Below are positions 61,056-64,000 of a stretch of 64,000 nt of DNA, piece by piece. The notes under the pieces were generated by a model. The model did no database searches. It was not told the DNA's origin and worked only from the letters and a program-made list of their open reading frames with translations. Each line of letters opens with the position of its first letter. Position 1 is the stretch's first letter. The position numbers and the translations under genes are program-made. Source of the stretch: a bacterium (GTDB taxonomy: Bacteria; UBA8248); contig OZ244799.1 of the NCBI GenBank assembly GCA_965219955.1, positions 1,344,001 through 1,408,000 of the forward strand, written 5' to 3'.

Positions 61056-62861
61056 CTACCGGAACGCCGCGTCGATGCCCAGCTCGCGGAGCTGGAGACG
61101 TTCGACAGAGGCCGGCGCGCCGGTCATCAGGCAGGTGGCTTTCTGGGTCTTGGGAAACGCGATGACGTCGCGGATGGATGGCGCGCCCGTCAGCAGCATC
61201 ATGATGCGGTCCAGGCCGAACGCGATCCCCCCGTGGGGCGGCGTGCCGAACTCGAGCGCCTCCATGAAGAAGCCGAAACGCCGCTGCGCTTCTTCCTCGT
61301 CCATGTCCAGGGCGGCGAACATCTTCTGCTGCACCTCGCGCTGGTGGATACGCTGGCTGCCGCCGCCGATCTCGCTTCCGTTCACGACCATGTCGTAGGC
61401 CTGGGAGCGGATGGCGCCGGGGTCGGAATCGAACAGACTGGCGTCCTCGGGCACGGGCGCCGTGAAGGGGTGGTGGAGCGCGTGATACCGCTTCTCCGCC
61501 TCGTCGTATTCCAGAAGCGGGAAATCCACGACCCAGCAGAAATCGAATTCCCCGTCGTCGCGGGAGACGAGGCCGAGACGCGCGCCGATTTCATCGCGCA
61601 GATGCCCCAGCACCGACGCGCTCACGGCAGGGGCGTCGGCCACCATCATCAGCAAGTCACCGACTTCCACGCCCGCTCTCGCGCCTATCTCCTCCAACTG
61701 GCCGTCGAGGAAGAACTTGGTGATGTTCGACTCATACCCGTTTTCCGTGCGCTTCGCCCAGGCGAGGCCGCCCGCGCCCAGCTCCTGCGCGCGCGCGATG
61801 ATGTCGTCAATCTCTTTTCGCGAGGCCGACGCCATGCCCGGCCCCGCCATGGCGCGCGCCACGCCCCCTTTTTCCACCGCTCCCTTGAACACCTTGAACT
61901 CGCTCGCCCCCGCGACGTCGGTGATGGTGGCCAGCTTCATGCCGAAGCGCCTGTCCGGCCTGTCGGTCCCATACTGCGCTATCGCCTCCGCGTAGGGGAC
62001 CCGCTCGAAGGGCGTCTCGATCTCGACCCCGCCCACCTCCTTCCATATCCGGGCCACCAGACCTTCCATGAGGCCGAAGAAGGTATCGCGGTTCAGGAAG
62101 GAGCATTCGACGTCGATCTGCGTGAACTCGGGTTGCCTGTCGGCGCGCAGGTCCTCGTCCCGGAAGCATTTGACGATCTGGTAGTAGCGATCGAAACCGG
62201 CGACCATGAGAATCTGCTTGAACATCTGGGGACTCTGGGGGAGCGCGAAGAAACTCCCGCGCGCGAGGCGGCTCGGCACCAGATAATCCCTCGCCCCCTC
62301 GGGCGTGCTTCGGGTGAGCACCGGGGTTTCCACGTCGACGAAGTGGTTTTCCGTCAGGAAATTGCGGATCACCTGGGTCGCCTGATGACGTTTGATGAAG
62401 TTCTCGCGCAAGGTGGAGCGCCTGAGATCCAGGTAGCGGTACTGGAGGCGCAGCGCTTCGCCGGCGTCGGAATCGTCTTCTATCTCGAAGGGCGGCGTTC
62501 TCGCCTCGCTCAGGACTTCGAGCTTCGTGATCCGGACCTCGATTTCGCCGGTGTCGAGACCCGGGTTCGCCATCCCCTCGGGGCGTCCAATGACGACCCC
62601 CTGAACGGCGAGCACCCACTCGCCGCGCACCCGCTCGGCGAGCGCGTGGGACGCCTCGTCATAAGAGGGGTCGGCCACCACCTGGGTGACGCCGTAGCGG
62701 TCACGCAGGTCGATGAAAATCAGCCCGCCGTGGTCGCGGTTCGACCCCGCCCAGCCCATGAGGACGACCTCTGCGCCGACGTCCGATGCGCGAAGCGCTC
62801 CGCAGTCGTGGGTTCTTCCTTTTTCCACAAGTTCACTCAAGATTTCTTGTCCTTTATTCAT
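61056..62861 (-). CDS. aspS: aspartyl-tRNA synthetase (likely non-discriminating)
   Basis: RDHGGLIF, PEGARD, LPQSPQ, FRDEDLRADRQPEF, PPHGGIAFGLDR. His in RDHGG and Gly in EGMANP are the ND-type signature. Confidence 0.97.
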   Translation of the reverse strand: MNKGQEILSELVEKGRTHDCGALRASDVGAEVVLMGWAGSNRDHGGLIFIDLRDRYGVTQVVADPSYDEASHALAERVRGEWVLAVQGVVIGRPEGMANPGLDTGEIEVRITKLEVLSEARTPPFEIEDDSDAGEALRLQYRYLDLRRSTLRENFIKRHQATQVIRNFLTENHFVDVETPVLTRSTPEGARDYLVPSRLARGSFFALPQSPQMFKQILMVAGFDRYYQIVKCFRDEDLRADRQPEFTQIDVECSFLNRDTFFGLMEGLVARIWKEVGGVEIETPFERVPYAEAIAQYGTDRPDRRFGMKLATITDVAGASEFKVFKGAVEKGGVARAMAGPGMASASRKEIDDIIARAQELGAGGLAWAKRTENGYESNITKFFLDGQLEEIGARAGVEVGDLLMMVADAPAVSASVLGHLRDEIGARLGLVSRDDGEFDFCWVVDFPLLEYDEAEKRYHALHHPFTAPVPEDASLFDSDPGAIRSQAYDMVVNGSEIGGGSQRIHQREVQQKMFAALDMDEEEAQRRFGFFMEALEFGTPPHGGIAFGLDRIMMLLTGAPSIRDVIAFPKTQKATCLMTGAPASVERLQLRELGIDAAFR

Positions 62862-62925
62862 GCCTGTGCTTCAATTTACGAATCTCCTCACTGGCGCGGG
62901 AGCGTATAAGCTTCGCATCAGGAAT

Positions 62926-64000
62926 TCAAGCATCCTGCGCCCGCCTCTTCATTATACGGGAAAGCCAGACGATTCCGCCCAGGCCGATCCAGACGGCCAC
63001 GCCCACCGACGCCCAGGCCGCCGTCCATTCCGTCGGCAGGACCTCGCCCCGGGAATCGGGGTTCGTGACGTCCAGAATGTAGCCCACCTCGATGGAGGAG
63101 AGCGCGCCGAACAGGAAGCCGAACCCGGCGAGGCAGCCCAGCGCCGTGCCCAGGTGGCGTTTGGGCGCGATTTCGCTCATCACGACCAGGAAAACGGACG
63201 CATCCGCAGCCATCGTCACCGCCCACACCAGCAACACGATCAGCAGAAGCGGAATCGGCGCGTGGAATAGAAAACCGATCCCGTACGTCATCGCGCCGCT
63301 TAAGAGCAGACTCCACCCGATGCTCGGAAGCCGCCCGAACCTGTCCGCCGACCACGCGCCGATAAAATTCGAAAAAGCCGAAATCGCGATCATGAACGCC
63401 AGGGCCGTCGCGGCGTTGTCCACGGCGTCACCTCTCGGAAGGCCGTGCGCGATGAACGCCGCAGCCAGGAACGTGACGCCCCAGCCCCTGAAGGCGAACA
63501 TCTCCCAGCGGTGCATGACGTAGGAGCCGATGAGCACCCAGCACCTGAGCGGCAGGCGCGGAAAGGCAAATTTCTCCCCGCTTCCCGACTCCTCCCTTCC
63601 GGGGTCGGGCACCCAGAGCAGCACCATGAAGATGCCGACGACGGGACCGAGCGAACCCACGGCGAAGGTGAAGCGCCAGCCGAAATCGGGAAGCAGGTAA
63701 CCCGTCAGGAACATCGAGACCGACACGCTGAAGGTAAAGAAAAAAGCGTAGCCAGAAACCGTCTTCGCCCTCAAGGCCGCCGATGCGTGTTCGGCCACGA
63801 TTCGCAGGCCCGGCCCGAACACGCCCGCAAGCCCCACCCCGCAGGCGCACCGCAGCAGTGCGGCCGTCCAGAGACCTTCGGCGAAGAAAGGGAACATGAG
63901 GTTCGTGAGGCCAAGCCAGGCGGCCGAGAAGAGATAGATCGTCCTCGCGCTGAAATAATCCGTCGCCCCGGTGAGCACGGCGGAGGCGACAACGTAGCCG
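62926..64000 (-). CDS. MFS transporter, 5' part outside window
   Basis: Multiple TM helices, GATDYFSAR and GAWSADRFGR motif-A-like loops. Frame is open to the window end. Confidence 0.88.
   Translation of the reverse strand, partial: GYVVASAVLTGATDYFSARTIYLFSAAWLGLTNLMFPFFAEGLWTAALLRCACGVGLAGVFGPGLRIVAEHASAALRAKTVSGYAFFFTFSVSVSMFLTGYLLPDFGWRFTFAVGSLGPVVGIFMVLLWVPDPGREESGSGEKFAFPRLPLRCWVLIGSYVMHRWEMFAFRGWGVTFLAAAFIAHGLPRGDAVDNAATALAFMIAISAFSNFIGAWSADRFGRLPSIGWSLLLSGAMTYGIGFLFHAPIPLLLIVLLVWAVTMAADASVFLVVMSEIAPKRHLGTALGCLAGFGFLFGALSSIEVGYILDVTNPDSRGEVLPTEWTAAWASVGVAVWIGLGGIVWLSRIMKRRAQDA

Overview
A gene-dense core-genome segment of a diderm bacterium. The gene order resembles Deltaproteobacteria/Nitrospinota (inferred from synteny only). 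About 55 genes lie on the minus strand; only rpsT and rpsU are on plus. Content: SAM cycle (metK, ahcY), regulatory PTS, rpoN-lptCAB, ftsH/tilS, one tRNA-Met(CAU), proS/ispG/rseP/lolA, purMN, mutS, phoH/7TM-HD/ybeY, xerD/murJ, riboflavin genes, ppdK, glyQS, aspartate-pathway genes, argS, recO, era, aspS. I saw no CRISPR array, IS element or prophage. The standout is a three-gene module, DUF4390-like protein + NtrY-like kinase + a single 710-aa ORF. That ORF fuses an NtrX-like regulator (intact receiver, degenerate AAA+ domain, Fis-type HTH) in frame to an apparently intact LpxC, the committed enzyme of lipid A synthesis. Supporting context: lapA is present without an adjacent lapB, and an identical 14-bp palindrome-containing motif lies upstream of both lptCAB and lapA. 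Together these suggest phosphorelay control of LPS synthesis. Other oddities are a coupled pair of small genes (Cys4 protein + 2-TM peptide), probable pseudoenzymes (ApgM-like, RibBX), AT-rich patches inside genes and many genes missing from normally conserved operons. All calls come from reading motifs; no database search was run.
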